IMG/VR virus record: IMGVR_UViG_2648501841_000003
Length of the DNA: 23,033 nt
Reading direction: 5' to 3' (one strand)
From: a virus
Lineage: Duplodnaviria; Heunggongvirae; Uroviricota; Caudoviricetes
Part shown: positions 21,444 to 23,033 of the stretch, piece after piece
How the letters are laid out: every line of letters begins with the position of its first letter
Numbering within the stretch: the first letter of the stretch is position 1
Program-made: the position numbers and the translations under genes
The notes under the pieces: model-generated
The model's input: the letters and a program-made list of their open reading frames with translations, nothing else
Databases searched by the model: none
Told to the model about the DNA's origin: nothing

Positions 21444-21908
21444 TCCGTCACCGACGGCGTGAAGGTAAAAGTGAGCCGGGTTCCTGACGGTGTTGCTGAA
21501 TACAGCGTGTGGGGGCTGAAGCTGCCGACGCTGCGCCAGCGCCTGTTCCGCTGCGTGAGTATCCGTGAGAACGACGACGGCACGTATGCCATCACTGCCG
21601 TGCAGCATGTGCCGGAGAAAGAGGGCATCGTGGATAACGGGGCGCACTTTGACGGTGACCAGAGCAGCACGGTGAATGGTGTCACGCCGCCAGCGGTGTA
21701 GCACCTGACCGCCGAAGTCTCCGCAGACAGCGGGGAATATCAGGTGCTGGCGCGATGGGACACGCCGAAGGTGGTGAAGGGTGTGAGCTTCCTGCTTCGC
21801 CTGACCGTGGCAGCGGATGACGGCAGTGAGCGGCTGGTCAGCACGGCCCGGACGACGGAAACCACATACCGCTTCACGCAGCTGGCGCTGGGGAACTACA
21901 GGCTGACA
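21444..21908 (+). pseudogene. J: J, segment d: internal fragment carrying an in-frame amber codon (TAG at 21699-21701) where the other allele has CAG (Gln)
   Basis: Frame from 21444 reads ...[93 protein letters not shown]. The overlapping segment e reads ...[19 protein letters not shown]... at the same place. Confidence 0.5.
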
Positions 21909-21918
21909 NNNNNNNNNN
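21909..21918. other. run of 10 N; following sequence re-covers ~284 bp of segment d at roughly 94-95% identity
   Basis: CATCGTGGATAACGGGGCGCACTTTGACGG is present at 21625 and again at 21920. Confidence 0.95.
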
Positions 21919-21920
21919 CC

Positions 21921-23033
<1,113 letters not shown>

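Overview
This window is the late (packaging, head and tail morphogenesis) region of a phage-lambda-type prophage from an enterobacterium, and I find no convincing evidence of a novel or undescribed biological system in it. It begins with the right-end accessory cluster (bor, a DUF1398 gene, two small ORFs) on the strand opposite to the late genes, runs through an intact cos site with the two virion ends joined (cosN at 1981-1992, cosB repeats R3/R2/R1), and then carries the canonical collinear late operon on the + strand: Nu1, A, W, B, C/Nu3, D, E, FI, FII, Z, U, V, G/G-T, H, M, L, K, I, J. Identification rests on recognising lambda protein and DNA sequences from memory, not on a database search. 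The main unusual feature is technical: seven runs of exactly 10 N break the sequence from 15.6 kb onward, and after most of them the sequence restarts upstream in the same gene with a different allele. The apparent duplications of H-M-L, I and parts of J therefore look like unmerged contig ends from at least two related lambdoid prophages, not real tandem duplications. Biologically notable points are a diverged H/M/L block with a mosaic breakpoint inside L, an in-frame amber stop in one J allele, two I alleles that differ in their hydrophobic core, and a small ribbon-helix-helix-like ORF with a nearby palindrome next to cos.
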